DNA of 64,000 nucleotides. Source: a virus. This document shows positions 9,668 through 19,587 of this stretch, piece by piece. Both the position numbers and the translations under genes were made by a program. Below the pieces are notes generated by a model that had not been told where the DNA came from, searched no databases, and saw only the letters and a program-made list of their open reading frames with translations. The DNA lies in IMG/VR virus record IMGVR_UViG_3300045988_092366; one strand, written 5' to 3'. Numbering within the stretch: position 1 is the stretch's first letter; each line of letters begins with the position of its first letter.

Positions 9668-11014
9668 TCACACACTTTAGGATATTCGCTTGTAGCTCTT
9701 CAAGAAATGAATCTAGCTTATAAATATCCTATTATCTTTTGGAATTGTGCAAACTTAATCGTAGATAGCGGCACAATTGAAGGTATCGACGATAAAACAT
9801 CTGATTATAATAAAATTGCACGTGCGGTCAATAAAAATAAGTTAGCAGGTATTAAAGTATCGCTTATTGATGTAAATAAATCAGAGTTATCTTTTACACC
9901 AGATGCAGAAACGAATACAATTCATTATGGTCTTGGCGGTTTACAGGGCGTAGGCAACGAAGTCGCGCAAATGATTATTGATAATCGCCCATATGATTCA
10001 GTAGAAGATTTTATGGATAAGACAAAAGTAAATAAAACTGTTATGGTTTCTTTGATTAAATCTGGTGCTTTTGACCAATTCGGCAAACGCAAAGACATTA
10101 TGAAACAATATCTATACACTACAATCAATCCTAAAAAACGTTTAACCATGCAGAACTTTAATGCGCTTATAGAAAATAGCCTTGTGCCGCAAAAGCTAAA
10201 ATTCCAAAAGCAAGTATTTAATTTTAATAAAGGGCTAAAAAAAGATTGCAAATATAACACAGATTATTTTGCATTAGATGGTGTTTACTACAAATTTTAT
10301 GTTAAGTTTTTCAATGAAGATAATATTGAACCAATAGACAATAAATTATGTTTAAATAAAAAGACATGGAAGAAAGAATATGATTCCGTAATGAGTACAG
10401 CCAAACAGTATATTATGGATAATCAGCAGGAACTATTAGATAAGCTAAACAATAAAATGTTAAAAGATGCTTGGAATAAATATGCGGCAGGTACAATTTC
10501 TCATTGGGAAATGGAAAGTCTTGGTATGTATTATCATAAGCATGAGTTAATTAGTATTGATAATTCATTATATGACATTGTAGATTATACGAAACTTGAC
10601 CGCACACCTATCGTAGATTATACATTTAAACGTAACGGCGCGGAGATTCCAATTTTTAAAACTTTTAAAATCGCTGGAACGGTTATTGCAAAAGATGAAA
10701 TGCACTCACAAATTACTTTACTTACTACTACTGGCGTAGTGGAAGTTAAAATGTCTAAAGAATATTTTTCACAATACAATAAACGTATTAGTGAAGTCAG
10801 ACCAGATGGTACTAAAAAAATTATGGAACAAGGTTTCTTCCAGCGTGGCATGATGCTGGTATGCAATGGTATTAGACGTGGAGATACTTTCGTATTAAAG
10901 GCGTATAAGCGCAAAGGAAATGTACAGCATCAGTTATATAAAATTACGAAAGTGAATAAAGACGGTACCATAGAAATGACTAATAGCCGCTATGGCGAAA
11001 ATGTTGACAATTAA
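9668..11014 (+). CDS. dnaE: DNA polymerase III alpha subunit (DnaE-type), exon 2
   Basis: SHTLGYSLVALQEMNLAYKYPIIFW aligns to DnaE [24 protein letters not shown]. Continues to a C-terminal region with an OB-like domain. Confidence 0.65.
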   Translation, partial: SHTLGYSLVALQEMNLAYKYPIIFWNCANLIVDSGTIEGIDDKTSDYNKIARAVNKNKLAGIKVSLIDVNKSELSFTPDAETNTIHYGLGGLQGVGNEVAQMIIDNRPYDSVEDFMDKTKVNKTVMVSLIKSGAFDQFGKRKDIMKQYLYTTINPKKRLTMQNFNALIENSLVPQKLKFQKQVFNFNKGLKKDCKYNTDYFALDGVYYKFYVKFFNEDNIEPIDNKLCLNKKTWKKEYDSVMSTAKQYIMDNQQELLDKLNNKMLKDAWNKYAAGTISHWEMESLGMYYHKHELISIDNSLYDIVDYTKLDRTPIVDYTFKRNGAEIPIFKTFKIAGTVIAKDEMHSQITLLTTTGVVEVKMSKEYFSQYNKRISEVRPDGTKKIMEQGFFQRGMMLVCNGIRRGDTFVLKAYKRKGNVQHQLYKITKVNKDGTIEMTNSRYGENVDN

Positions 11015-11032
11015 ATAAAGTTATGTTATAAT
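11004..11032 (+). promoter_or_regulatory. sigma-70 consensus promoter TTGACA-17-TATAAT
   Basis: Exact consensus, overlapping the dnaE stop. Followed by a leader hairpin ATAGGAG...CTCCTAT and SD GGAGGT before 11084. Confidence 0.55.
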
Positions 11033-11083
11033 ATAGGAGTAAACAGAAAAGGAAAGGTTTGCTCCTATATTTTTGGAGGTTTA

Positions 11084-11695
11084 ATGGAACCAATTGTAAT
11101 TGGCATTTGCGGCAAGAGTGCGAGTGGCAAGGATTCAACCGCGACTCGATTAGTTGACGAATATATTGAAATGGGTATTCCAGTTAATAAAGTAGTTAGC
11201 TATACTACTCGTCCTCAAAGAGAGGGAGAAATTAATGGTGTAGATTATCATTTTATTGACCGGAAAACATTTATTAAAATGCAGTATGAAAAGAAATTTA
11301 TGGAATACTCAGAGTTTCGTGGTTGGAAATATGGCACTTCAATTGACGCATTTAAAGATAATTGTGTAAATATTTGTGTCCTTAACCCTACTGGCATGGA
11401 CGCTTTAAGTAAATACTATCGTAATACTCGTTCAATTGCGGCATGTGAACTATTTTATCTTAAAGTTCCGTTCTTTACTCGACTTAAACGTTCTATCAAA
11501 CGTGAGCATACTTTTAAATGGGAGTTTATCAGACGCGCGTTTGCGGACAATCACGACTTCCTAGATTATGATGAATATTTTGGATATATGGAAAATGAGC
11601 ATCTTCTGCCTTATTGCAATGGTCGCATAAATTTCGTATCCAAAATTATGAATAATGACCGCTTAATTTATGAAACTTCAAAGTTACAGTATTAG
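11084..11695 (+). CDS. guanylate kinase-like nucleoside monophosphate kinase
   Basis: P-loop GICGKSASGKDS and TTRPQREGEINGVDYHF...EYSEFRGWKYGTS, the GMP-kinase signature. Confidence 0.55.
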   Translation: MEPIVIGICGKSASGKDSTATRLVDEYIEMGIPVNKVVSYTTRPQREGEINGVDYHFIDRKTFIKMQYEKKFMEYSEFRGWKYGTSIDAFKDNCVNICVLNPTGMDALSKYYRNTRSIAACELFYLKVPFFTRLKRSIKREHTFKWEFIRRAFADNHDFLDYDEYFGYMENEHLLPYCNGRINFVSKIMNNDRLIYETSKLQY

Positions 11696-11772
11696 TTTTT
11701 ATCCAAATAAACGCATGGACATAAGTTTAGAAAATCTATTAGCTAAATTTTATATAAGAGAAAGAGGATAAA

Positions 11773-12225
11773 ATGATTTTTCAAGTACGACAAGGAGTGT
11801 TTGAAACTAATTCAAGCTCAACACATACGTTAACTATCTGCTCAAAAGATGATTTTGACAAATGGAAACATGGCGAGGTATTTTGGCTTGATAATGATTG
11901 GGGCAAGCTACAGACAAATAAGAGTTTTGTCACCCCAGAAGAGCTAGAAGAACTTACAGAAAAGTACAATGAAGAGCAGCATGAGCGCATTGACGCAGGA
12001 GATAAGTTCGCTAAGGTGCTTGATATTGACAAAGTTCTTAATGAGCGTCCAGATTACGATAGTTGGAGAGATAGCTATTGGGACACTGAGCGTAGTTCGC
12101 TTGAAGCATATACAACAGATGATTTCTATGTGCGTAATGGCGACCTTGAAACCTATAGTGAAACTTTTACTTCTCCTTCTGGTGACGAAATGGTAGCGTT
12201 TGGAGCGTTTGGATATGATGGCTAA
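11773..12225 (+). CDS. hypothetical acidic protein
   Basis: 150-aa ORF rich in Asp/Glu; SD AGAGGA upstream. Confidence 0.3.
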   Translation: MIFQVRQGVFETNSSSTHTLTICSKDDFDKWKHGEVFWLDNDWGKLQTNKSFVTPEELEELTEKYNEEQHERIDAGDKFAKVLDIDKVLNERPDYDSWRDSYWDTERSSLEAYTTDDFYVRNGDLETYSETFTSPSGDEMVAFGAFGYDG

Positions 12226-13177
12226 AGATTGGAATATGACAGCCAAAGGTTTTGACCCTCGCTCTTCCAATTGTGTTTCTTACAATAATGGTAACTATAC
12301 AGTTACGTTATCTCTTGCAGACGGGACTATGATTCGATACAGTAAAGATGATAAATTAGTTCCGTCTTTTCCTGACTCAATGGATATTAAAATTACCAGC
12401 TGCTGTTCGCTGAACTGCCGCTATTGTCACGAGAAATCGATAAAGGATGGACAGCATGGAGACATCTTATCAGATAGCTTTATTGACAAACTTCATCCTT
12501 ATACTCAATTAGCATTAGGCGGTGGCAACGTTCTAGAACATCCTGACTTTGTGCCTTTTCTAAAGAAGTGTAAGGAGCTAAAACTAGTTCCGTCTGTAAC
12601 AGTAAACCAGATTCATTTTATGCAACAGCATAAATTTCTCAAGCAGCTAACAGATGAAAAGCTAATTTATGGTTTAGGCATTTCTTTCCATCATCCTGAT
12701 AAGAATTTCCTACCTATGCTCCGCAGCTTTCCTAATGCGGTCATTCATACTATCGCAGGTATCACCAAGGAAAGAGATTATGAGTTTCTTTATGACAATG
12801 GCTTAAAGATTCTTATTCTTGGATATAAAAAGTTTGGTCGTGGAATTCAAGCCTACCAAGAGTCTCACCAGCATATTGATTACAGTATCATGAATCTTAA
12901 ACACCTTTTGCCGTATATGGTCAAAGAAAAATGGTTTGACAGCATTTCATTTGACAATTTTGCGCTAGAACAACTTGACGTAAAGAACCTTGTGCCGCAA
13001 GATAAGTGGGATATGTTTTATATGGGCGATGAAGGTAGTTCCACGATGTATGTTGATATGGTCAATCGTGAGTTTGCGGCGAATTCTACGTCTGAAACTC
13101 GCTATCCTCTTTTGGACAATGTAGAAGATATGTTGAAGGTCATTCACCAAGAGAAGAAGGAGAAAGATATTGACTAA
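12200..13177 (+). CDS. radical SAM domain protein of unknown specificity
   Basis: CX3CX2C motif CSLNCRYCH followed by the glycine-rich LALGGGNVLEHPDF (GGEP-like). Adjacent to nrdD/nrdG. Confidence 0.45.
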   Translation: MERLDMMAKDWNMTAKGFDPRSSNCVSYNNGNYTVTLSLADGTMIRYSKDDKLVPSFPDSMDIKITSCCSLNCRYCHEKSIKDGQHGDILSDSFIDKLHPYTQLALGGGNVLEHPDFVPFLKKCKELKLVPSVTVNQIHFMQQHKFLKQLTDEKLIYGLGISFHHPDKNFLPMLRSFPNAVIHTIAGITKERDYEFLYDNGLKILILGYKKFGRGIQAYQESHQHIDYSIMNLKHLLPYMVKEKWFDSISFDNFALEQLDVKNLVPQDKWDMFYMGDEGSSTMYVDMVNREFAANSTSETRYPLLDNVEDMLKVIHQEKKEKDID

Positions 13178-14365
13178 ATATATTACAAAGCGAAATGGAA
13201 ATAAAGTAGAGTTCGACATTTCTAAGATTGAAAATGCGGTGTTTCGTGCGGCATGTGATGTTTCTGGTACTCTTGGATGGACATTGACGTTTTGTCATAA
13301 GGTTGCAAGAGACATTGCAAATGACTTTGAAAAAGCCGAGTATTATCATGACGGTATGACAGTAGAAGAGATTCAGGATGCTGTTGAAGAACTGCTCATG
13401 GGCGATTTTCCGCATGTTGCAAAGTCATATATGATTTATCGTTATGAACATCAGATTGCACGTCAGAAACATAATGATGCTGAAATTCTCGATATGATTA
13501 AGAATGACCCAGAAAGTTACTGGGCAACAGAGAATAGTAATAAAAACGCTAAGCTCGTTACGGTGCAACGAGATTATCTTGCTGGCATTACAAGTACAGA
13601 CATCGCTCGTAATTATATTTTCCCTAAAAAGGTAATTGAAGCTCACGACGCTGGTATTTGCCATCAGCATGATATGGATTACATGGCACAATCAACTCTT
13701 CACAACTGTGACCTTATCAATCTAGAAGATATGCTGCAAAATGGCACGGTCATTAACAATGTGCGCATCAACAAACCGCATCGTCTTTTAACGGCTATGA
13801 CTGTAACCACACAGATTATGGCTAGTGTTGCGGCCAATTCTTATGGTGGAGAATCCATCACACTAACTCATTTAGCTCCTTTCGTTCGTGATAGTTACAA
13901 TATCTTTAAAAACAAATATAAAGATGAAGATATTTCAGATGAACTAAAAGAAAAGTTTGCTCTGGCAGATTTAAAGAAAGAAGTCGCGGATTCAGTACAA
14001 ACTTTTAATTATCAAATTTCAACGCTGTTTACATTAAATGGACAGGCGCCATTTTGCTCCCTGTTCATGTATATTGGCGAGACAGAAGAATATAAGAAAG
14101 AATTAATTCTTCTTATTGAAGAGTTTTTAAAGCAACGAGAAAAAGGTATGCCAAATCGTCAAGGTGTATATGTTACGCAAGCATTTCCAAAGTTGTTATA
14201 TGTTCTTGAAGAAGATAATTATAAACCCGGAACGAAATATTGGAATGTAACTAAAAAAGCAGTTGAATGTTCTGCTAAGCGCCTAACTCCTGATTATATT
14301 AGTGAAAAGGTAATGAAACAAATTAAGGTAGATGCAAATGGCGAAGGCCATTGTTTCCCTTGCAT
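13170..14365 (+). CDS. nrdD: anaerobic ribonucleoside-triphosphate reductase NrdD, exon 1
   Basis: N-terminal ATP-cone ITKRNGNKVEFDISKI. Exon 1 ends ...GHCFPC-AT, with 5' splice after U 14365. The ORF read-through tail to 14417 is intron sequence. Confidence 0.65.
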
Positions 14366-15154
14366 AAACTATTTAACTGTGCCTTTCAATAGTGATATTG
14401 ATAGCAAATTTTTCTAAACGGAGAAAGTCTATAAAATATAGATAACTTACCGTGCTAAGAATAGATATTGAATAAAAACCTCCTGAAAATGTGGAGGTGA
14501 TTATATGTGGAAAAAGATACCTAATTGGTCATGGTATTTGGTCAATGAACAAGGTGTTGTTTATAATAGTAAAACAAAAAAGTATTTATCTGGCGATGTC
14601 AATAATTGTGGTTATCATAGAATTGTATTATATGATAAAGGTAGAAAACAAAGAATTTTTATTCATAGATTAGTAGCAACTCTCTTTCTTCCAAATCCAA
14701 ACAATTATTCGGAAGTCAACCATATAGATGGAAATAAAAATAATAACCAAGTAACTAATTTAGAATGGTGTGACCGAATACACAACGAGCATGAAGCGCG
14801 TAGGTTAGGGTTAAAAGTCTATAAACCATTTATTGTTTCTTTCTCTAATGGCGAAACAAAAACCTATGAATTTGCTCAAGAACTAGCAGATGAAATACAA
14901 GTAAGTAAAAGAACGGTTCTAAATTATTTACATGGAAAAACAAAAGGATATTTAAACAGAGGGATTAAAAGTATTCAATATCTATAAAAGCCTAACGACT
15001 AGTCCTTATGTGACGTAGGTTATAAGCGACAGATAACCGAAATGTAAAAATTCTTATAATAATAAGAATGTGATATAGTCTAATCTATATGGAAACATAT
15101 AGCAGTTCATAAGAGAACGTATACGAAAGTGGCGTTTTGTATAGAATATTCATG
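14366..15154 (+). mobile_element. Group I intron in nrdD carrying an HNH homing endonuclease
   Basis: Joining ...TGC AT (ends 14365, U) to G GGT TGT... (starts 15155, preceded by G 15154) recreates the conserved NrdD motif CFPCMGCRSFL in frame. This gives the canonical U / omega-G splice-site bases. Confidence 0.7.
14505..14987 (+). CDS. HNH homing endonuclease (intron-encoded)
   Basis: GYHRIVLY...IHRLVATLFLPNP...VNHIDGNKNNNQVTNLEWCDRIHNEH motif; SD GGAGGTGA. Confidence 0.7.
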   Translation: MWKKIPNWSWYLVNEQGVVYNSKTKKYLSGDVNNCGYHRIVLYDKGRKQRIFIHRLVATLFLPNPNNYSEVNHIDGNKNNNQVTNLEWCDRIHNEHEARRLGLKVYKPFIVSFSNGETKTYEFAQELADEIQVSKRTVLNYLHGKTKGYLNRGIKSIQYL

Positions 15155-16193
15155 GGGTTGTAGAAGTTTCCTGTCTCCATATTTAGATGAAGATGGTAAA
15201 CCAAAATATTATGGACGATTTAATTGCGGAGTTTCTAGTTTGAATCTTCCCGATACAGCTTTTGCGGCACAAGAAGAACTCAAATATGACGCAGACAAAT
15301 CACAAGAGCATCTTCTTGAAATCTTTTTCAGGCTATTGGATGAACGAGCTGAAATCTGCCATGCTGGTTTAAAGGTTCGTGTTGATAGACTTTCAAAGAC
15401 TAAAGCTGGCGTAGCTCCAATCTTATGGGTTGATGGTGCTTTAGCTAGGCTAGAACCCGATGATACTTTAGATAAGCTAGTCCATAATGGATATGCTACA
15501 GTTTCGCTTGGATACAATGGCGGAAACGAAGCAGTTAAAATTCTTATTGGAGAAGACAATTTCACCAAGAATGGACAAGAACTGATGCTACGAATTCTCA
15601 AGTTCTTGACCAATAAGTGTGAAGAATGGAAGCAAGCAGAGAACGTTGGGTATTCACTTTATGCATCCCCAGCAGAGTCATTGTGTTACAAGTTTGCAAC
15701 TAAGACTAAAGAACGTTATCCAGACCAGTTCAAGAAACTGTTTGGGAACAAAAAGTATTTTGAAAATTCTTATCACATCCCGAGTTCTCAGCCAATCGAC
15801 CCGTTCTCTAAGATTGAACTTGAGGGCGAATTTCAGAAATATTCCGTAGGGGGTTGCCTAAGTTACGTAGAAAGTTCTGACGTTTCTCAGAATATCTCCG
15901 TTTTGTATCCAATCCTAGAATGTATTTATAATAACATCATGTATTGTGAGATTAACACAAAGACCTCTTATTGCCACGTTTGCGGCGAATCACAGACCAT
16001 TGATGTACATAAAGACAAAGATGGGAATACGTGGTGGGAGTGCTCTAACTGCGGTAATACAGATACAGACAAGATGGACGTTGCCGCACGTACTTGCGGA
16101 TATGTTGGAGTCAACTTCTGGAACGATGGCAAGACTCAAGAAATTGCTTCTCGTTATAAGCATATTGATGACCATGAGATTGGTGAAGAATGA
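15155..16193 (+). CDS. nrdD: anaerobic ribonucleoside-triphosphate reductase NrdD, exon 2
   Basis: GCRSFLSPY...GRFNCGVSSLNLP. C-terminal zinc ribbon CHVCG...CSNCG and glycyl-radical motif RTCGYVG. Confidence 0.7.
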
Positions 16194-16714
16194 GATATTT
16201 TCAAATAAGGTCGATGGACATTAGCAACGGCATAGGCATTGGCGCTAGTGTCTTTCTATCTGGCTGTCATTTCCATTGTAAGAATTGCCATAACCAAGAA
16301 CTATGGGATTTTAATAGTGGCAATGAATATACCAATAATGCTAAGAATAAAATCTTAAAGACTATCCAACCAAAATGGGTAGAAAGATTTTCAATTCTAG
16401 GTGGAGAACCATTAGAGACAATTAACTTAAAAGAGCTATTAGCCCTTATTGAAAATATTAAGGTCTTACGACCTGATATTAAAATTTGGATTTATACTGG
16501 ATACACCTATGAACAGCTCCAAGAGAGAATCAAAAAGAATAAAGACGATTATTATCTAGAACCTATTTTGCGACTCGCTGATGTTCTAGTAGATGGTCCA
16601 TTTATCCAAGAGAAGAAAGATTTAACGCTTGCTTTTAAAGGCAGCTCTAATCAACGAGTGATTGACCTTCAAAAGACACATGCGGCAAATGATATTGTGC
16701 TTTTGGATATTTAA
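16190..16714 (+). CDS. nrdG: anaerobic RNR activating protein NrdG (radical SAM)
   Basis: SMDISNGIGIGASVFLSGCHFHCKNCHNQELWDF, the NrdG N-terminal signature; start overlaps the nrdD stop. Confidence 0.7.
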   Translation: MRYFQIRSMDISNGIGIGASVFLSGCHFHCKNCHNQELWDFNSGNEYTNNAKNKILKTIQPKWVERFSILGGEPLETINLKELLALIENIKVLRPDIKIWIYTGYTYEQLQERIKKNKDDYYLEPILRLADVLVDGPFIQEKKDLTLAFKGSSNQRVIDLQKTHAANDIVLLDI

Positions 16715-16717
16715 GTA

Positions 16718-16752
16718 TGAGGGATAGATTTTGTTCTATCCCTCATTTTTTA
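16718..16752 (+). terminator. rho-independent terminator
   Basis: GAGGGATAGAT-TTTGTT-CTATCCCTC followed by ATTTTTTA. Confidence 0.65.
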
Positions 16753-16781
16753 TTGACTTTTGTAAAGTATTATGGTATAAT
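16753..16781 (+). promoter_or_regulatory. sigma-70 consensus promoter TTGACT-17-TATAAT
   Basis: Exact consensus directly after the terminator. Confidence 0.55.
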
Positions 16782-16811
16782 ATAATTACAAACAAGGAAG
16801 AAAGGAATTAT

Positions 16812-17186
16812 ATGAGCAAAGCAGTAATTGATAATTACGCTCTAAATCAACAAATGTATGCCAAGATTACGCCACCTTCACAGGATGAAGTAAATGCAAT
16901 GTTCGTCAATGTAGGGGCATGGCTTTCAACGCATCATAAAAAACATTATTATATGCTACTTAATAATGAGCTTCATTATTACACTACCTTCAATCTTAAA
17001 AACCCAAATTATGATAAGATGATTCAAGAGCTTAAAGAATGCCTTGCGTTCCGTGGCCGTATTCTCGACATTGAATATCAGCACGCCGAAGATACTTATC
17101 AGATTTGGATTAAAGAATATAAGACCGATAATGTTTATATGTTTATGCTATTTGAAGCAGAAGATTTTGTAATTGAGGTGGAATAA
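16812..17186 (+). CDS. hypothetical protein
   Basis: The track ORF begins at 16731 but would include the terminator and promoter. Internal ATG 16812 has SD GAAAGGA. Confidence 0.35.
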   Translation: MSKAVIDNYALNQQMYAKITPPSQDEVNAMFVNVGAWLSTHHKKHYYMLLNNELHYYTTFNLKNPNYDKMIQELKECLAFRGRILDIEYQHAEDTYQIWIKEYKTDNVYMFMLFEAEDFVIEVE

Positions 17187-17434
17187 TGAATAAGCTAATC
17201 GTGGCGGCTTTTCCCGCATCAGCTATTAAGTTTATGGTACAGGGTGACACAGAGCAGGTTGATTCACAGAAAATGTGTTGGTTCCCTGAATTTGAAGAAA
17301 ATCTCACGCCATATCTAGATAAAGAATATGCTATTCAAGAAATCTATGTTCTTGGACCTAAGAGTTATATTCCAGAAGTAGTAAGTAAAATCAAGGGTCT
17401 TACGACTCTACCCGTTATTGAGGAAGGTATTTAA
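17186..17434 (+). CDS. hypothetical protein
   Basis: 82-aa ORF, start overlaps the upstream stop, SD GAGGTGGA. Confidence 0.3.
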   Translation: MNKLIVAAFPASAIKFMVQGDTEQVDSQKMCWFPEFEENLTPYLDKEYAIQEIYVLGPKSYIPEVVSKIKGLTTLPVIEEGI

Positions 17435-17436
17435 TT

Positions 17437-17748
17437 ATGCGCCATTACGTTATCAAGAACACCGCCGAGTATCGTGTTGAGACGATTGAAGATGTGGTAG
17501 CTTTTCGTGAAGAACTACAGAAGCAGGCTGCGCAGGATGGTTACTCTCTATCTGCGTTCAGTTATTCTGAGAAGCTAGTTAAGGAGCGCGGAGAGGTTGT
17601 AGATAATTTTTACGCTGTCAAGGCTGTTTTCACAGTCAATGATATGAAAGAGCCTACAATTCCTATCTTCGATGTAGAGCTACCTTATGCGGCAGAATCT
17701 ATGCGTTCTACTAATGACGATGATAGCGAGGATGATATTTTTGAGTAA
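17437..17748 (+). CDS. hypothetical acidic protein
   Basis: 103-aa ORF, SD GAGGAAGG. Confidence 0.3.
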   Translation: MRHYVIKNTAEYRVETIEDVVAFREELQKQAAQDGYSLSAFSYSEKLVKERGEVVDNFYAVKAVFTVNDMKEPTIPIFDVELPYAAESMRSTNDDDSEDDIFE

Positions 17749-18178
17749 TTCAGAGACTATTAAGATTCAGTATTGGCCTGGTATGCCGCGTCTAGAGGTT
17801 AATCCTAATGGCTCTTGGATTGACCTTTATACTCGAAAAGACGTTACACTGCAAGCAGGAGAATTTGCTATTATTCCTCTTGGTGTTGCAATGAAGCTCC
17901 CAGAAGGGTATGAAGCCAATTTCGTTCCTCGTTCTTCTACCTTTAAGCGCTATAAAGTGCTACAAACGAACGCTTTCTCCGTGATAGACCCAACATACTG
18001 CGGGCCAGACGATGAGTGGGGCTATCCAGTATATGCTACTTTCCCAGTAGTCATTCCTAAAGGCACTCGTCTTTGTCAGTTCCGTATCAATAAGGTACAG
18101 CCGCATATTATTTTTGATGAAGTTGCTTCACTTGCCGCAGAAAATCGCGGTGGCTTCGGTACGAGCAATACTGATTAA
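17741..18178 (+). CDS. dUTP diphosphatase (dUTPase)-like
   Basis: VPRSSTFKRY and SVIDPTYCGPDDEW resemble dUTPase motifs 2 and 3. Probable TTG start at 17741, since the track ORF 17687 overlaps the upstream gene. Confidence 0.45.
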   Translation: MSNSETIKIQYWPGMPRLEVNPNGSWIDLYTRKDVTLQAGEFAIIPLGVAMKLPEGYEANFVPRSSTFKRYKVLQTNAFSVIDPTYCGPDDEWGYPVYATFPVVIPKGTRLCQFRINKVQPHIIFDEVASLAAENRGGFGTSNTD

Positions 18179-18187
18179 GGAGCATAT

Positions 18188-19039
18188 ATGGACAAGATAA
18201 TTGAATCTACTATTAAAAAGCTAGAGACAGTTGCTATTGACCAGCATCCTACACTTAATCCTACTCTTGGTATTATCTATCGAGCGGATGACGCGGCAGC
18301 TGGTTCGTATCTCCGTTCCATTACGCGCAATGCTGACAAATATAAGTCAACTACAATCTCAGCTCAATGCGATACAATTCAAGATGCAAGTCTACAAATT
18401 CGCAGATGGACACAAGACCCTAGTATCAATGGAATCATTCTTATCTCAGATTATGGTGAAGCGACTCAATCATTATACAATCTGATTCCAATGCGGCTTG
18501 ATATTGATGGTCTTTCTAATAAATCCGCGGCGCACCTATATGGCAGTAAAGACCCTATTGCATATCGCAAGGCTCCCTGTACTGCTGCGGCATGTCTAAA
18601 GATTATTCAAACACTCTATGATAATAATCTTGCAGGTCTTAATGTCGCCGTTGTTGGCAGGTCTATGCGAGTCGGGCGACCTCTCGCAGAGCTATTATTG
18701 CAACAAGATTGCACTGTAACACTTTATCACAGTAAAAGCAAATTTATTTCAACAAAAGGAATGAATAATTTTAGCGATAAAGATGTATTTGTTTCTGCTA
18801 TTGGACAACCAAAGTATTTTAATACTTCTAATCTTGATGCATTTCGTTTAAACATCATTGATGTTGGCATTAACTATGATGAACAAGGACATATTTGCGG
18901 CGATGTAGATTATGATAGTGTTAAAGATTTGGCTGATTATATCACACCAGTCCCCAATGGCGTAGGCGCTGTTACGAATACTGTGCTGTTTGCTAAGCTA
19001 TATGCAAATAAACTTGATTTTGCTGGGATTGATGTTTAA
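18188..19039 (+). CDS. folD: bifunctional methylenetetrahydrofolate dehydrogenase/cyclohydrolase FolD
   Basis: VVGRSMRVGRPLAELLLQQDCTVTLYHSKS...VSAIGQP...IIDVGINY...GDVDY...ITPVPNGVGAVTNTVL is collinear with FolD signature regions. Confidence 0.65.
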   Translation: MDKIIESTIKKLETVAIDQHPTLNPTLGIIYRADDAAAGSYLRSITRNADKYKSTTISAQCDTIQDASLQIRRWTQDPSINGIILISDYGEATQSLYNLIPMRLDIDGLSNKSAAHLYGSKDPIAYRKAPCTAAACLKIIQTLYDNNLAGLNVAVVGRSMRVGRPLAELLLQQDCTVTLYHSKSKFISTKGMNNFSDKDVFVSAIGQPKYFNTSNLDAFRLNIIDVGINYDEQGHICGDVDYDSVKDLADYITPVPNGVGAVTNTVLFAKLYANKLDFAGIDV

Positions 19040-19533
19040 TGCGTCTCTTAGCATTAGACCAAAGTTTGAATACAACAGGCGTTGCGGTTTTTGATAATGA
19101 TAAAATCTTAAATTGTGGAGCTTTCACCATTCATTCTAACCAAGAGCTAGGAAAGCGTCTGACTGAATTTCTTTATGAATTAGATGATTTATACGAGACT
19201 TATCATTTTGATGCTATCGTATATGAAGATATTCAATTGCAAATGGGCAATGTCGAGACATACAAGAAATTAGCATATGTGCAGGCAATGATTTTATTCT
19301 GGTGTGAGAAGCATGAAAAGAATCTATATTGTCTTTCTCCATCGCACTGGCGTAAGATTTTGAAAGATAAATATGGTATGTCATGGGGTAGAAAGAGAGC
19401 GGAGCAAAAACAAACCGCCATTGACTTTATCCAAGAGCACTATAAAAAAGAAGTAGATAGCGATACCGCAGATGCTATTTGTATCGGGTGTGCAGCCAAT
19501 ATTGAAATTAATAAAACTGAATCGGCTTTCTAA
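19039..19533 (+). CDS. RuvC-like Holliday junction resolvase
   Basis: MRLLALDQSLNTTGVAV (RuvC motif I), YEDIQLQ, and DTADAICIGCA (RuvC DAADALAIA motif). Confidence 0.5.
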   Translation: MRLLALDQSLNTTGVAVFDNDKILNCGAFTIHSNQELGKRLTEFLYELDDLYETYHFDAIVYEDIQLQMGNVETYKKLAYVQAMILFWCEKHEKNLYCLSPSHWRKILKDKYGMSWGRKRAEQKQTAIDFIQEHYKKEVDSDTADAICIGCAANIEINKTESAF

Positions 19534-19539
19534 AGCCAT

Positions 19540-19587
19540 AAAAAAAGAGGGGTATTCTCAATTAAGAGAATACCCCTTATTTTATTT
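19540..19587. terminator. bidirectional rho-independent terminator at the convergence of the + and - modules
   Basis: AAAAAA-GAGGGGTATTCTC-AATTAA-GAGAATACCCCTT-ATTTTATTT. A-run and T-run flank a 13-bp stem, so it functions in both orientations. Confidence 0.75.

Noticed and set aside
5930-11014. Intein in DnaE instead of an intron
   Set aside because: The insert has noncoding flanks, an independent SD-driven GIY-YIG ORF and an in-frame stop after exon 1. There are no Hint block motifs, and the reading frame is not continuous.
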